Source of the DNA: Camelus ferus
Taxonomy: Eukaryota
Assembly: GCF_009834535.1 (NCBI RefSeq)
Contig: NC_045698.1
Span: 8,496,001 to 8,560,000 of the forward strand
DNA length: 64,000 nucleotides
Direction of reading: 5' to 3'
The translations under genes were made by a program, and so were the position numbers. The notes beneath the pieces are model-generated. The model saw nothing but the letters and a program-made list of their open reading frames with translations. It was not told the DNA's origin and made no database searches. Within the stretch, counting starts at the first letter, position 1. Every line of letters begins with the position of its first letter. Below, in pieces: positions 40,524 through 55,091 of this stretch.

Positions 40524-43500
40524 GGCATAACTTGTACCACATTATGATAGTCTGTGGGTTGAAAATAATCACTAATAATTTTGCAAGCCATCTGGTCAGA
40601 AGTAGGATGAAGTAGAGATTTTTTAAAGAAACCATAAATAATGATGGCTGAAGTAAAGAAAGGTTAATCAATGCGTTTTTTTAAACAAGACTTTAAAATA
40701 CTTCTCAGTAACTTGAACATCAAATATTAAAAGCTATTTTGTATTTATTTAAGTTCCAGTTTTCAATGAATAAGGTGTGAATTGGTTGCTTAATGCATGT
40801 TCTATCAAAATAAATCTATACTCTTTAACATAGTCAAAAGAAGTGACATGAAAATATGCCAATCACATATTGTTAACAGAAAAAAGGAAACTGCAAAATA
40901 GAACATATAATAAGGTCCCAAACTTGCAGGTAACATAGTGAAAAAACAAACAAAAAATAACCACCTTAGTAGCTAGGATCAGAATTTATCTTGCAGAAGA
41001 AAGTGCCTTGGTTGAATTGGGGGGATGTGCTAACTTTCTCAAGAGGGGACGAGACCTCCTTCCCACCCTCCCCCCCACCGACAGCAGAAGGAGCGACATG
41101 CTGGGAAGACCAGGACAGCGTGTTTGGACTTGAGCCCCCTCCTGGCTCTCAGCTCCCAGACATGGAGCGGAGCGTGAACCGCTTCTCAAGTTGGACAGTG
41201 AGGTGCTCTGGGCAGTCATGGGTGGCTGTCCTGCTAATGTCACCCTTAACAACTGTGCTCCCTGGAGGAGCATCTCCCGCGTACCCAGCTCGGGGGCTGC
41301 ACGCCTGGCCCGCCTCACCTTGCTTAACCAGGATGGCCCAGAAGTACTGAGAGCATCAGGCAAGCACCAGGTGGAGCCCTGGGCATCAGGACAGCGCCTA
41401 GACCACAGGGGCGCTTTTCCTTTCCCAATCATCATGAACCACCCCCACAGCTGTCCTAATTCTATTTTAGAAAAGTGTAAGACAGCCCTCTCAGAAGGGA
41501 ATTCTTCAATTTGCATATTTCCAGGAGACTTCTTTCTGTTACTCTATTAATTTATTAACACTTTTTAAAGTGATGTGGCTTCCCAGGGCGCTCTCAGTTC
41601 GATAAATCATTGAAGTGGTTATAAATAAAGCATTACATCTGAAGTCCCTCGGTACCCGGCCCAGAAACGCAAATGCTGCTCATTTTCCAGAGAGATGTTA
41701 TGAAAATTAATTGATGTTGAAAATTCACTTCTTTTCTTAAATGAGGAAAGGTTGAAGCAAGATACAGATTAAATATTTTCAGATGCTAGACAGAACCAAA
41801 ATGAAATGGCAAAGGCAATGTGTAACTATCCTAGGACGATTTAAGCGAATCAGTTTATTTTGGATTAAAGAAACTGAAGCAAAAACTGAAGAACCTTTCT
41901 TCAAAATCTCTCTCCTCTGAAGTTTGGCATTTTTTTCCTTAATAACTCTCATGAATAAACGCTTCAATTGTCCAAAGTTTTCACGTTATGATAGCTAATA
42001 TACTGAGTTTGTAATTCCAGGGATATTTTAGGGTTTATCCACATTTTTTTATTTTATTATTGTCCAATAGTTTCATTTTTTTTCTAAGTATTAGAATAGA
42101 ATCAAGGGCCAGAAGTCAGATCATGAAAATGCCAGAGGAAGGAAATCTTTACCTTCCTAACACTTGGCGACCACAAAGATGCAAAATCAGTTAAACAATA
42201 AAGTCACATCATAGCAACAACTTAGACGTCCTCCAGAGCTGAAATCAGCTACCCATTTGTGAGATGTTATGGACAGAATGATCCTATGATCTTGATGTAG
42301 GGCTCTGGGCTATGCAATAGTGGGCAACTTATTAGAGATGTTGAAAATAATTTTTAATGGGAGTCTTTATTATTACTAATAACTTTTCTTAACTTAATGC
42401 TATCTTTACACACTTTTCTGGTTAAATAAAACTAAGCAAAATTGTTATGCATGCAAACACCTAGATTGAAAAGTCTGCTCATAAGACATACAAAATGTTT
42501 CCAACTGCATTAGCAACTCAGAAACAGATCTGAGAGTGAACATAAATCACAGGCCAAATAAATGTAACAATACCAACAGTCATAATTCATGATTTATTAA
42601 ACACTGTATTTCTGCCACTTTTCTAGGGACTCACGTGTATGTCATTTGGCCACCACAGCTACACTGCGAAATAGGTTCTCCAGTTATGACTATTCTAATC
42701 TCCTCTGCAATTGATCTAATTATGTACAGCATTTATGAAGTTTATTTTTTATTTCTCGGTAGGCTGGATTTGGTGAATTTCAAAAATTTTAATTAACAGA
42801 AAGGAGTATTGAAACTCCATTGGAAAATTTTGGCTGTTTCTATCAGAAAGCATTGGATTTGCACAAATTCCCAGCATTCTTAGTATGTGTGTACACATAT
42901 CTGTGAGTGTCCATGCCTGAAGAACACAGACTCTGGTTTCAAGATGAGTCAGGAAGGATTATTTCTATGAAGATTATTTCATATGGCTCTTTTTGGAGTT
43001 TCAGTAAGGAAGGTGAAACTAAATCATAAAATACAGTTGCATTTTGTTGGGAGAATATCTCTACTTCCTATTGAGAACATGTCCCATTTCTAATGCACTT
43101 TTACAGGGAAGTGTAAAGAAATTAGTATGTATTGACAGGGCTCTATGAATTAATGACCGAATTCCCAACAAATACACAGCAGATATTCATCTGTAGAACA
43201 CTGCCTCCTTTGAGTTTACTGTGTTTGGAGAAAATATGCTGAAAATCCAACTACATTTCTCTTGTTCAAACCCAATTTAAAAGTATTTTCAGGAGATTTT
43301 AAGCTGAAGTCAATTATCTGATGGCCACATCCAATTTTTAACTCCAGGTGGTTTTGCTCAGTTTGATTATCCACCTTTTTCATCAATTTACATTTTAAAT
43401 ATCTTAGCATGGAATTCAGGACTTTCATGGTCTGGCTATTAATTCCTGCACATTCAATCAGACTAATAACTTTATGCTCAAGACAGTGCTAAAGATCTTC

Positions 43501-43585
43501 AATACTCTGCTCAAATCGTACGAGTACTGCCTTCAAGTCCAGCAAAAACCAAGGTCTGAAAACAACTAACTCAACAATGCAGTGG

Positions 43586-43979
43586 AAAAAGAAGATGTGG
43601 TATATACATACAATAGCATATTACTCAGCCATAAAAAAGAATGAAATAATGCCATTTGCAGCAACATGGGTGGACCTAGAAATGATCATATTAAGTGAAG
43701 TAAGTCAGACAAAGACAAATATCATATGATACCACTTATATGTGGAATCTTTAAAAAAAGATACAGATTTTGTTTACAAATCAGAAACAGACTCATGGAC
43801 ATGGAAACAAACTATGGTTACCAAAGGGGAAATCAGGGGGGAGGGATAAATTAAGAGTTTGGGATTAACATATACACACTACTATATATAAAATAGATAA
43901 ACAACAAGGACCTACTGTATAGCACAGGGAAATATATTCAATTTCTTATAATAAACTATAATGGAGAAGAATTTGAAAA

Positions 43980-44014
<35 letters not shown>

Positions 44015-44091
44015 GTCCGAAATGCTTTGCCATACACCTGAAACGAACACTGTAAGTCAACAACACTTCAATAAAAAATAAAATTAAAAAA
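43586..44091 (+). mobile_element. 5'-truncated cetartiodactyl-type L1 (ORF2 end plus 3' UTR), with an internal (TG)n(TA)n run
   Basis: Contains 'gaagatgtggtatatacatac...tcagccataaaaaagaatgaaataatgccatttgcagcaacatgg...cttcaataaaaaataaaattaaaaaa'. The flank tgcagtgg (43578-85 and 44098-105) is a possible TSD remnant. Confidence 0.92.
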
Positions 44092-46760
44092 CCAGAGTGC
44101 AGTGGCTACCTGCTGAAATAAATAAACGTTAATGTAAGGAGGCCATGCAACATCAAAAGAGCATTAAATGCAGACACCCTATAGACAAATTTCTCAGGCC
44201 CTCGGAGTTAACTAATCTTGTAAAAATCCAGTGCCTGGGCCCCCCAACTGAAGTTTCGGATTCAGTGGTGTTGGGGTTGGGTCCCAGCCAGAGCTGAGAA
44301 ACACAGGGTTAGAAGGTAGTCCTAAAAACTGCCTAACACCAGGAGGTTTCATCAGGTGCTGGTCGCTTTCTACCAGAGCAGGGAAAACGGCAGCCATCTT
44401 CGCTGGAAGCTTCACTGTTTTTCCCTCTTGCCTTTGTATGTTCCTAGAACATCCTCCGTTTCCAACTAGCCAATTCTACTTCTCCTGGAAGCTTTCCTTG
44501 ATGCCTCCTCCCAGCGGGTCACATAAGCCATATGGTCCCAGATTCTCCCAACAACTAAGTTTACTGCCATTGCATTAACTGTCCACTCCCAAGATCGCCA
44601 GTTCTTTGTGGGAAGGAATTATATTTTGTCCATCCTAGGTATGCCAGTCCCCAGTAGATGTCTGTGTTTGCTGAAAATCTGAATGAATGGAATAAACTTC
44701 ATAAAAAATGATCATAGCATCCAACAGTACATGCACATGACTGAAGCCCTGGCAGGGGACCACAGTGGCTGTGAACCAAGGCTTACGCACAAAACCCATG
44801 CCCTGTCAACAACTACCACAACGTCAGCCCAAGTGAGAGAACATGAGGAGGACAGACAGGAAAGGAAAAGGGTGCTTTTGGAAGACTTGATGTAGAATTA
44901 TTAGACATCAGCATTGAAGACAGTAGCAGAGAGAGGTAAACTCCGAGACGGGGCGCTCCTTTCTGCATATGCTTGATCAATTACATTTGCAACTGACTAA
45001 GGTTAACTATTATTTATTATTATTAAGGTACATTTTGTTGAACTTGAGGTAGTGGTGTTTTCATTCCCACTCCTGTCGTCCAATTGTTCAGCTGTCTCAC
45101 ATTAAAAATTTTGAACCAGTGGGTCCAAATTACAAATAAAATTGTGTTTGAATAATCACAAATGTTTAGAACATTTATTTTTCAGGTTTGGTTAAGTAAA
45201 CAAACATGAAAAAATATATATGATGCTATTTTATTAGCAATGAAATCATGTAATGATCAAACATTCCAAATTCTTTCAAACAATCAAAATACTCTTTCTA
45301 GAGGAATAATGCATTTATAAAAGCAGCTAACTTACTCTTCACTTTTAAAGGCCACTTGTAAATATCCAGTGTTTTAAATGGGTTTTCTTCTCAAATAGTT
45401 AGCATATTGCTTACAGCCACCTGTCATCATAGAAAAATTCAGGGCAACTTGAAGCCTTTTCTTCGGGAATTGTGAAGTTTGGAACTTTGTCCATCAGTGA
45501 TAGTTTAACCTGTGATCATACAATATACAATTACAATATACAATTTTTTTTTACCCTCACTAGCAATTACAAAGTATCATCAAGTTTCTGAGATATCAAA
45601 AGAACATGTTCCATTAAACCTTTTAAACTGAATAAGCCCAAGGCAGTGAACAGTCACTGAGGCGCATCACTTCACTGTGGAATTCCAACTCTTCCCTCGT
45701 CCATTGTGCCTGCTCCAAAAAGCCTGCAACCATCTGATGTATAGAACCAGCAAAGGCCCCTTTGTCAGCGCACAGTTAAAACTTACAAAGTTCATTGTTT
45801 TCTCTTGTCTGAGCGCACAAAAACTGTACATTTAAGCAGAACATCTAATATTGTCTCCAAGAGCCCAACAAGTACTCTTTGGAATGGGCACACCCCAATT
45901 TGGAGACCATGCCAGACATGGTCCAGCTGGAAAAACAGTGGTTCTATTTGGTCTACACTGGGCTAGTCACTCTCAGTCAGGCCTTCTGTTGTTCATTTTA
46001 ATTACGTACATGATACGTAATACTTTCTCCTTTATAACAAATGGAATCATTTCAGGTTAAGATTCAAGTCTTACCAGAACAACTTACACAAATGGCTATT
46101 CTTCATGCCCTGGTCTATAGCCTGCTTTGTGGGAAACAATATATCTTGGCACAGTAAGGCATGAAGATCTACGCCATATTTTCTTAATTGTAGCATCTAG
46201 TGGGCTCTGTCAGCCCTCATTATGCCCCGAATAATGGCCCTAATAGTGTTCATCAAATTTTGGCAGAGGGTCTGCTGAACCATTAATTACTGACTGGGTA
46301 TACCTGGGGTGGAGCTGGACACTGCATTCCTAACATTATCCCAAGGGGTCCTGATGCTGCCAGAATGGGGCTACACTTAGAATGACCGATCTAGGGAAGA
46401 GATAAAGGCGTCGAATTTCTGGAGGATGAGTGATGCAGATGTCAAATTTAGAATCCTCTTGCCAAAGTGTCCTCCCACATGGCTGTTCTGCACCTAGAGT
46501 CCCTGGAGTTCCCACACCTGCAGCTGATCTTTGTATTTTCCAACACTAACTACTGTCAACTCGATGGCTGAAAACTGTATTTCCTTCTAATCTGCACTTT
46601 CAGAATGCAAGCAAGGTTGAGCATCTCTTCTTACGTGTGCCGTTCATCTCTGTTTCCTTTTTATTAGTATGTGTGACTTTTGAAAATTCATTCAAGGGAG
46701 TCCTTTACATACTCGTGGTATTCATTCTTTGCTTTTATAAGTATATATTCCCATCAGTCC

Positions 46761-47672
46761 CTTTTTTTTAAAATTAAGAATCAATGTTTTTAGAGAAGTT
46801 TAAGGTTCATAGCAAATGTGAGGAGAAAGAACAAAGATCTGCGATACACCCCCTGTACGAACACACGCAGTCTCCACATTATAGCATCCTCCCCCAAAGT
46901 GGTACATTTGTTACAATGGCTGGATCGACACTGGCACATCAGAATCACCCAATGTCCATAGCTCACCTTACGGTTTACTCTTGGTGTTACACATTCTCTG
47001 GATTTGCACAAATATGTCATTATATGTATCCACTATCATGGGATCACACAAAGTATTTCCACTGCCCTGAGAATCCTCTGTGCTCCATCTATTCATTCCT
47101 CCCTCCCGGACCCCCTAGCAACCACTGATCTTTTTACTGCCTCCATAGTGTTGCCTTTTCTAGAATGTCACATAGTTGGAATCATAAAATACAGCCTTTT
47201 CAGGCTGCCTTCTTTCACTAAGTAATACACATTTATATCCTCCCCATGTCTTTTTATGGCTTGACAGGTCATTTCTTTTTAGCGCTGAATAATATTCCAT
47301 TGTCTGGATGCACTACACTTAATTTATCCATTCACCTACTGAAGGACGTCTTGGCAGTTTCCAGGTTTGGGCAATTATGAATACAGCTGCACACATCCAC
47401 ATGCAGGTTTTTGTGTGGACGTGTTTTCAACTCCTTTGGGTAAACACCATGGAGCACAGCTGCTCGGTCGCATGGTAAGAGTATGCTTGGCTTTGTAACA
47501 AACGGACAAACTGTCTTCCAAAGTGGCTGTGCCCTTTTGCATCTGCACCAGCAACAAAGAAGCGTCCCTGTTGCTCCACATCCTCACCAGGATTTGGTGT
47601 CACCAGTATTCTGGATTTGGGCCATTCTACTAGATGAGCAGCAGTATCTCACTGTTGTTTTAATTTGCATGT
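46761..47672 (-). mobile_element. L1MC1/2-like 3' end, nested in an older L1ME-like copy (~46520-46750 and ~47860-49130)
   Basis: Poly-T start followed by 'agtggtacatttgttacaat...cactgccctgagaatcctctgtgctccatctattcattcctccctccc...gaataatattccattgtctggatg'. Confidence 0.85.
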
Positions 47673-49662
47673 CCCTTGACTTTTAACCTTAGTTATGAAG
47701 ATGTTTCTTTCTCTCTCTCTCTCTAGAAGATCTAAGGATGGATATGGCTAGATTTCTCAATACTTAAATGTGTTGTTCATTTCATGTTTAATGCCCATAA
47801 GGATATTGAACATGCAAAGTTAATAAACATTTCCGTAACTTTACCTAATATTTTAACCACTTAAATCATTTAGGCCTTTAATCAACCCAGAATTTTATAG
47901 TGTGCAGGTAGAAGTCTACTTTTACTTCATTTATCCATACAGACAGCCAACGACACAACATTCAGACAGAAGCACTGACTGAAAAAGTCTCTTCTTTCTG
48001 TCCCTCCCATAAATGAAATTCTCATACATGTAGAAGTCTATTTCTCATCTTTATATTATTCTTTTAAGGACATAATAAGGTAATTAATGGAAAAAACTAG
48101 CACAGTACCTGCTCATGTTTTCTTCTTATTCTGATTCTTTTTGTCTTGGATTGTTTTGTTCATTTATATTTACATGTGATTTTTTTTTTGAATCAATATT
48201 TTTGCTATTCCCAAAAAACCTTAGAGCTTTTGAATGGAAGAGCATAAAATCTGTATATTAGAAAGAATTCTCTTTTATATGCAAGGATTTTAAAGTGAAC
48301 CTTGTCATTCACGAACCTGACACATATCTCCTTTTCCTCTGGTCTTTGTTATGAATGTCTATGAAATTCAATATTTACCTCCCCAAAAATTTTGCAGAAC
48401 TTTTTTGGTTAGGGTTGTGTCACCTAAGATATGTGCATCCTATGCTTTTATTGTTTTTGTAGAAGAGACTTCGTTTTACAGTTTCTAGTTATTTATGGCT
48501 GGTGTACAAGAAAGCTATTGATTTCTGTGTTTTGAGATTGGATCTGGAAATCTTACTGGACTCACTTTGTTAGTTGTAGCAGCTTGTTAGTTATTTTCCT
48601 TGTGTTTTCTGGGTATATGATGATGAAGTCTATAAACAATGGCATGTCTCTTGCTTCCCCACCCTCTGACCTTCTACGTTTAGGATTGCCTAATACCTGA
48701 AGGATAATGTTGACTATTACAGGGGTATTAGGCATAGTAGTCCAGATTTGCATGGAAGTGCTTCTAATATGGCACTCCTAAATATGAAATTCCTGACTGT
48801 TAACTGCTCAGGAAGTTAAAGAACTTTCCTTCCAGGTTATTCTGCTCAAAAATTATTTTTTAATTATGACTGGGTATCATACTTTATCAAATGTAAAGGC
48901 ATCTGTGGAGATGGCCACAGGCTTTTCTTCTGATTAATATTCATATACACTAGATCTCATTTGTTTTCTAATACTGAGCCATCCTTGCATCTGAAAGAAA
49001 ACTCACTTCACTGTGATCATTTTACATTTATATGACTGAATCTTACTTAGGGTTTTTTTCGCTCCAATGCTTAAAAGTGAAGTTGAGTTACCATTTCACT
49101 CACTGTTTTCCATTCCTGGCTTGGGCACTGGGGTCCTGTACAGCTTCCCATAAAATTCAATTTCTCTAAAATAACCTTATAACCTTCACTAGGTTAGCCA
49201 ACTCGAATCACACAGTGTCACCAGCTTGATGCCCTCTGCACCCCCACCCTCACATTATGTTTCACTCACATAGTGCCCACCAGATGCTCACCACTGCTTT
49301 TTTAAAGGACATTTTAATATGCAGTCCTGGAGCCCCTCGGGGTTGAGTGGCTGTGTCATTCAACTGCAGAACGAACACCGGCTTTTGAATCAGATCTGAA
49401 GTGGCCCGTTACTGTGTGAATGAGACTTACCCCACTCTGGAAAATGAACATACATCCTCTGTGTGCTGCTGAAAGGACTGAGCAAGGTAATCCTCCCAGA
49501 GCACCTGGTATATACAAGATTCTCCATAAATCGTGATGTGATGATTCTTTCTGATGAACGTGGACATAGCATTTGTCTCTTTGGATATGGTGGCCTAGAC
49601 CTCTGCATGTCAAGTGATGCATACGGTTTACAAAGGAAATGTACAAATACCACTCACAAAAG

Positions 49663-50110
49663 TGATATTTGGGTTAAATTGTGTCCCCCAAGATGATATG
49701 TTGAGGGCCACCCCCCCTGCAATGATTGTGAATGTGACTTATTTGGAAATAGAACCTTTGCAGACGTGATTAGTTAGAGTGAGTTCACACTGGAGTAATG
49801 TGGGCTCTTAATTCAATAGGACAGGCGTCCTTATAAAAGAAGGAAAATGAAGTGAAGACAATGGCACACAGGGAGACACCAGGTGATGACAGAGGCAGAG
49901 ACTGGTGTGATGCATCTACAAGCCAAGGACACCTGGGGCCACCAGACACCAGAAGAGGCAAGGAAGGAGCCTCCTTTAGAGGCTCAGGAGGGAGCATGGC
50001 TCTGCCAACACCTTGACTTCAGACTTCCTGCCTCCAGAACTCTAAGGTAACACATTTCGGTTGTTTTAAGCCACCTAGTTGGAGTTACCTTGTTACGGCA
50101 GCCCTAGGGT
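49663..50110 (+). mobile_element. MaLR solo LTR, MLT1C-like
   Basis: Contains 'gggttaaattgtgtccccc...gtgaatgtgacttatttggaaatag...gccaacaccttgacttcagacttcctgcctccagaac...tgttacggcagccctagg'. Confidence 0.88.
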
Positions 50111-52150
50111 GTCTTGTGGACCAGAACCAAGGAATGGTGTGGAGAGTCAGGTTGTCAACGGAATAAACCAAGAGGAAGGTAGCGCAGTGCCAACAACAAG
50201 AAAATACTGATGTTAAGTCAAATGTAATTTGAGCGAGTCTGAAAATAGAAACCTGTTCTGAACTGAGCACCAAGCACAACACATGGGGAAATGGCTGGAA
50301 GGGGACAGAGAAATGTGGTCACGTATGGCATAATGGTGAATGGTGGTACAGCGTTACTAAAATTGTATCAGATGCTCATTCAGTCATTGGGTAATGGGTG
50401 TAATGTTATCTGCTAGAATCTATCTGATAATGTTTTTAGCAAATGTTGCCATAGAAGCACAATTTCTTGGGGGCACAGTAACACTCGGCAAGTCATAATC
50501 TCCAAAGTAATTCTGCCAAGAAAGCAGTTCATGGAAAAGCACCTTGGGTACTGAGATTCCTTCCTGCCTTGTATCTCACATTTATGCTATCAATTCATTC
50601 CTGCTAAAACTTGGGATCTGCACCTTTCTTGGCTAATGCCAATGTCAACCTTCAGAATTGCATCTGCCTCATCACTCCCTATTTTCTGACTGAAGAGTAC
50701 AGCTAAGTTCATCACTATATAATACAGATCTGATCTGACAGACTAGGCAAGCAAAATGTAGTCATGCTGGTTTCACTCTGGTCAAACAGGATCAAAGATA
50801 CCACACCAAGAAAGTGGGTGACTGCATTTAACATTCTACAAATAGAATTAATTGACTTGCTCTCCAAGTCATATGATGGAACTATTCTAAATCTGGGAAT
50901 GAAACCAGAATTCCTCACCATCAATTCTCTTTTCTCTTCTCCAGACCATGCAGTCTCAAAGGTTTTATTCTCCTCTGATAATCAATTTAAATGAGAGCCC
51001 TCCTGCCAAACTCGGGGATCTAATTACAGAGTTAGGAAGGACAGATAATAGTTATTGCAACGTTCCACCCTCAAAAAATTGTTGAGCAATGCTGATGGCT
51101 ATAGATACCAAGATCCAATTTTCTTTAAAACATATATCCACATATTTTTCAATTGTCTAAATGTGGCTATATTAAAATCCATCATTAATGATTATCAGCA
51201 CAAAAATGTGTTACTAACAAATTAGCTCTGATGCTTATGTTTTGCTTTCTATTTTCATAGAATTCAAAAATATTGGTTAACTCAAAGAATACATGAATAT
51301 TTTACTCTTACATGGTCTGCTACTGTGAGAGAGAGAGAGAAAGTCCTGAAACCCTTCTTCCCTCTCTCTTTCTGTATGAGCGTGAAAGCTTTCCGGAATT
51401 TAAAAATGATTACAGCAGGGGTCTAAGAGGAAGCGTATCAAGGCCAATGAATTGAGTGTTCACGATGCTATTCATGCTCGACATGGCTTTTTATAAAATC
51501 CTCACTTCTTGTCGCCTGGAATTTTGCTTATTCTTTCTTTTAATTGTCAAATTCCATGGTTACTTCCACCAATAAAACAACAATGTCCTCTTAAAAGAAA
51601 AATACCCTAGCAGTGCACAATGCCTCTATTCTGTTTCCACTTCCTCATTCCCCAAGGAAAGCTTCCTTGCCAGAGCCCACTCACAGCCAATAAACTCTTG
51701 CCAACAAAGACTTGAAATGATAAACTAAGAAAGGGAGAAAATGCATAAGCTACATTTATTTAGGAAAAAAAACCAACAGTCCACATTTGCAAAACTCTTT
51801 AATACATACCATGATTAACCCTTGATGCACATTAAGAAAAATCATGAATGCTTGGGATACTTAAAAATTATCTTCTGCAATAAATATAATTTCCCCCACA
51901 CGTTACTGACATTCATTTCCAGAGACAGAGAATTAAATAAATACTTCATCCTTTACTGTTTTATTGGTTTATGGGACCCCTGACCTTCACTCTAAACATA
52001 AACTCTTTACATGGACCCATCAATATCAATCTCTGGGGCCCACATCTGATTTTCCCCTTCCACCTCCTTCCAGTCTTCTGTTTCCCATCAAAGGGCAATT
52101 CCATTCTTCCAGTCGCCTCATTATTGACTCTTTATTTTCACACACCGTAT

Positions 52151-52585
52151 TGGTTATGGGTTAAACGGTGTCCTCCCCCAAATTCACATGTTCAGTCCTA
52201 ACCCAATATCTCAGAAAGTGACCTTATTTGGAAATAGGGTCACGGCAGATGAATTAATCAAAAGAAGGTCGTACTGAAGTAGGGTGAGCCCCGCCCCCGC
52301 CCTGCCCATTCCGATATGATGGGCGTCTTCATGAAAAGGAGAAATTGGACACAGACACACACAGCAAGAATGCCAGGTGAACACTGGGGTTATGCTGCCA
52401 CCAGCCCAGGAACTACCAGGGGGTGGGAGAGGGGCATGGAAGCAGATCCTTTCCTTCTGCCTTCGGAGAGGGCACTGGCTTGATTTCACACTTCTGGCTG
52501 CCAAAACCGTGAAAAAATAAATTTCTGTTGTTCGAAGCCACCTAGTGTGCGGTACTTTGTTACGGCAGCCTAGCAAACTAATACA
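52151..52585 (+). mobile_element. MaLR solo LTR, MLT1B/C-like
   Basis: Contains 'gttatgggttaaacggtgtcctcccccaaattcacatgtt...gaccttatttggaaatagggtc...ttgttacggcagcctagcaaactaataca'. Confidence 0.88.
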
Positions 52586-54569
52586 GAGTATCCAGTCCAT
52601 CAGCCAGTCCTACTGTTTCTCCACACCTGTATCATCTCGCCAGCATTTTCCTTCCAACACTAGGGCTATTCCTAGATTTCACTTCCCCCAAGAAAGCTTT
52701 CGCTGAAATAGCATTAGTTCCATCTTGACTCCAATACTCATAGCGTGACATTATTTTAAATCGATTGATAAGAAATACAGCGAAAGGTGTGAGGCTTACT
52801 GTTTTGTGGTTTCCTCCACGCTCGCTGGCTGAGCACAGGCAAGCCTGCCTGCCTGCTGCAGGTCAACCTGCCGGGTGACGCCCACCTGCGGGGGGCTGAG
52901 CCTTCATCTGTCCTATTCAAGATTCCTCTCACTTTTATTCACAGTCAAGCTTTCAAAATTAATTCTGTTTCCCAAAGCATTTTTCTTCTGGAGAAAGGAT
53001 TAGTAAAAAAGCCAACTGAGGTCCTCAAAATTACTAAGCAACATCATTTCTCACTGCATTTTAATACATCCATTGGGTTTCTAGTTTTTCAATCAGTTTT
53101 CTGAAAACATAGTTAGTAAGTGAGCTAAACTGAGAAAAAAAAACAGTTTGTGAGCCTGAAATGCAACAGCTACTGATACAAGGCGCTGTGTAATCAGGGC
53201 TAAATTGTGCACAGAGATGTCTGCGCTGGAAGGGATCAGAGGAGCCTCAGATCAATGAGAGGACTGGAGTCTTGCTGTGAGAATGTGTCTTTCTTTCTCA
53301 CTTCGGTTTGCTCTGTCATCTGTATGCTCATCTCTGTTTCGGCTATTTTTTAAGTATTTAGAATTAATTTGCAATATGAAAGCATACTTAAACATCTTCA
53401 CCCACAAGAAGTGCTGATTTTTCAACAGAATGGAAAAGATGGTAACTTGTAAACCAGGAGGGAGAGCGAGAATCATAAACTTCAGTCATTTACAAAATTA
53501 GATGTTATACCATCTTTTCTCCGGTGAATGAGTGACAGGAAATGAAATAAACGCTTAGGACCCAGGCAGACGGGTTCCCCCGCTGCCGTGTGCCTCCATG
53601 TCTTTCTGGGTAAGGAATATTTATTTGGATGCCTTTTTGCATCTGTAATGGTTTAAACTTCTGTACTCATTATTAGAAGGTACAATACAGGATAACTCAT
53701 TAGCCCCACAGAAAGCAGACTTGCTGTCATTCTTTCCCCAAATTGCTGCATACTTGTACTTACCAGCCTCACACTTTCTGATATGTCTTTGCCTTCACTC
53801 TTTCAGCAACCTCATGCAATTGGGTGAAAAGTCAGTAAATTAACATATGCATCAAGGATAATAAATATCCATTTGTTCTCTCATTCAACGTGGAAACAAA
53901 TACAGAGCGACCTTATCGTGCGGGACAATTCACCGATGCCCGTGAATCCACAGATGCCCAGGTAAACCTTAATACCCACCCCCGTGCGGACTTAGCCAGA
54001 GGTAACAGGTGCCAAGTTCACCCTAGTTAAGAAGATCAGAGAAGGTCACTGGAGGAAGTGACATTGAAGTGCAGGACCAAAGAAAAAAGGGAAGTCACCA
54101 AACCAGTGGGTGAGGCTACAAACCACAGAGAGGAAATGAAAGGCTGAGAGCAAGATTTACTGCGTTGTGAAAGATGCAATTTTATCTACGAGGAATGCGA
54201 ACTCACTGGGAAGTTTTCACTGAAGAGAACTGACAAGGTCAAGTCTGATTCAGGGCTTGTGACTCCAGATTTAATGGGTGAGAGAAGGCAAGAGTGAAAC
54301 GGGATCATGGGGACCAGCGAGGAGGTGCCTTCCAGATCTGGGTTCTGAGTGGAAGGGTAGGGATAGAAGGAGAGCAAAGGGACATGGGGAAGGACTAGAC
54401 TGATCTGAGACAGACTCGGAAGGTGGATGGCCAGAAAATAGGGGCTGATGGCTGAAGAGGAAGGAGACCAAGAGGTATCAAGAAGAAAAATATGATTTCT
54501 TAAAATTCAAAAGGTTATTCCTTTACGAGAAGGAACCATTCCACGTGAAAGGTCTGACATGCCTAGCTT

Positions 54570-55091
54570 ACCGTTCAGTGTTTGATTACCAATGGGAATC
54601 TTTACCCCAGACTCCGTGGCTTCAAACACCACATGGTTATCACTTTACAGTTCTTTAGGGCAGAAGCTCATTACAGGTCTTGGCAGGCTAAACCGAAGTG
54701 CCAACAGGGCTGCGTCATTTTCTGGAAGCTCGGGAGAATCTGGTTCCCTGCCCTCCCCAGGTCCTAGAGGCTGCCCACATTCCTTGGTTCATGGCCCCTT
54801 CCTTCATCTTCAAAGCCTACAAGGGCAGGTGGAGTCCTTCTCTGAAGTTTCTTTCACTGTCACCTTCCCCCCTGACCACAGCCAGGACCAGTTCTCATCC
54901 TCAGACCCACCAGGCAATCCAGGTTTACTGTCCCCTCTCAAGGGCAGTTCTTTCCTCCCGTGATCACGATCGGCTGGTCAACAACACTGATCGTAACCCT
55001 TAACCCCCTTTGCCACGTGTGACATCACATACTGAGAGTTTCCGAGGTTCAGGACGTGGGCCTCTCTGGGGGTCACTCTTCTGCCTGCTCA
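54570..55091 (-). mobile_element. MaLR solo LTR, MLT1D-like
   Basis: 'ctagaggctgcccacattccttggttcatggccccttccttcatcttcaaagcc' is the reverse complement of the motif in the 21.5-kb copy. Confidence 0.82.

Noticed and set aside
41389..41398. REST/RE1 right half-site GGACAGCGCC
   Set aside because: The TTCAGCACC left half is missing at the canonical spacing.
43216..43428. ORF with faint resemblance to a CR1/L3 reverse transcriptase segment (CKLMKKVDN vs KFADD)
   Set aside because: The catalytic DD is absent and the similarity is too weak to call without a profile search.
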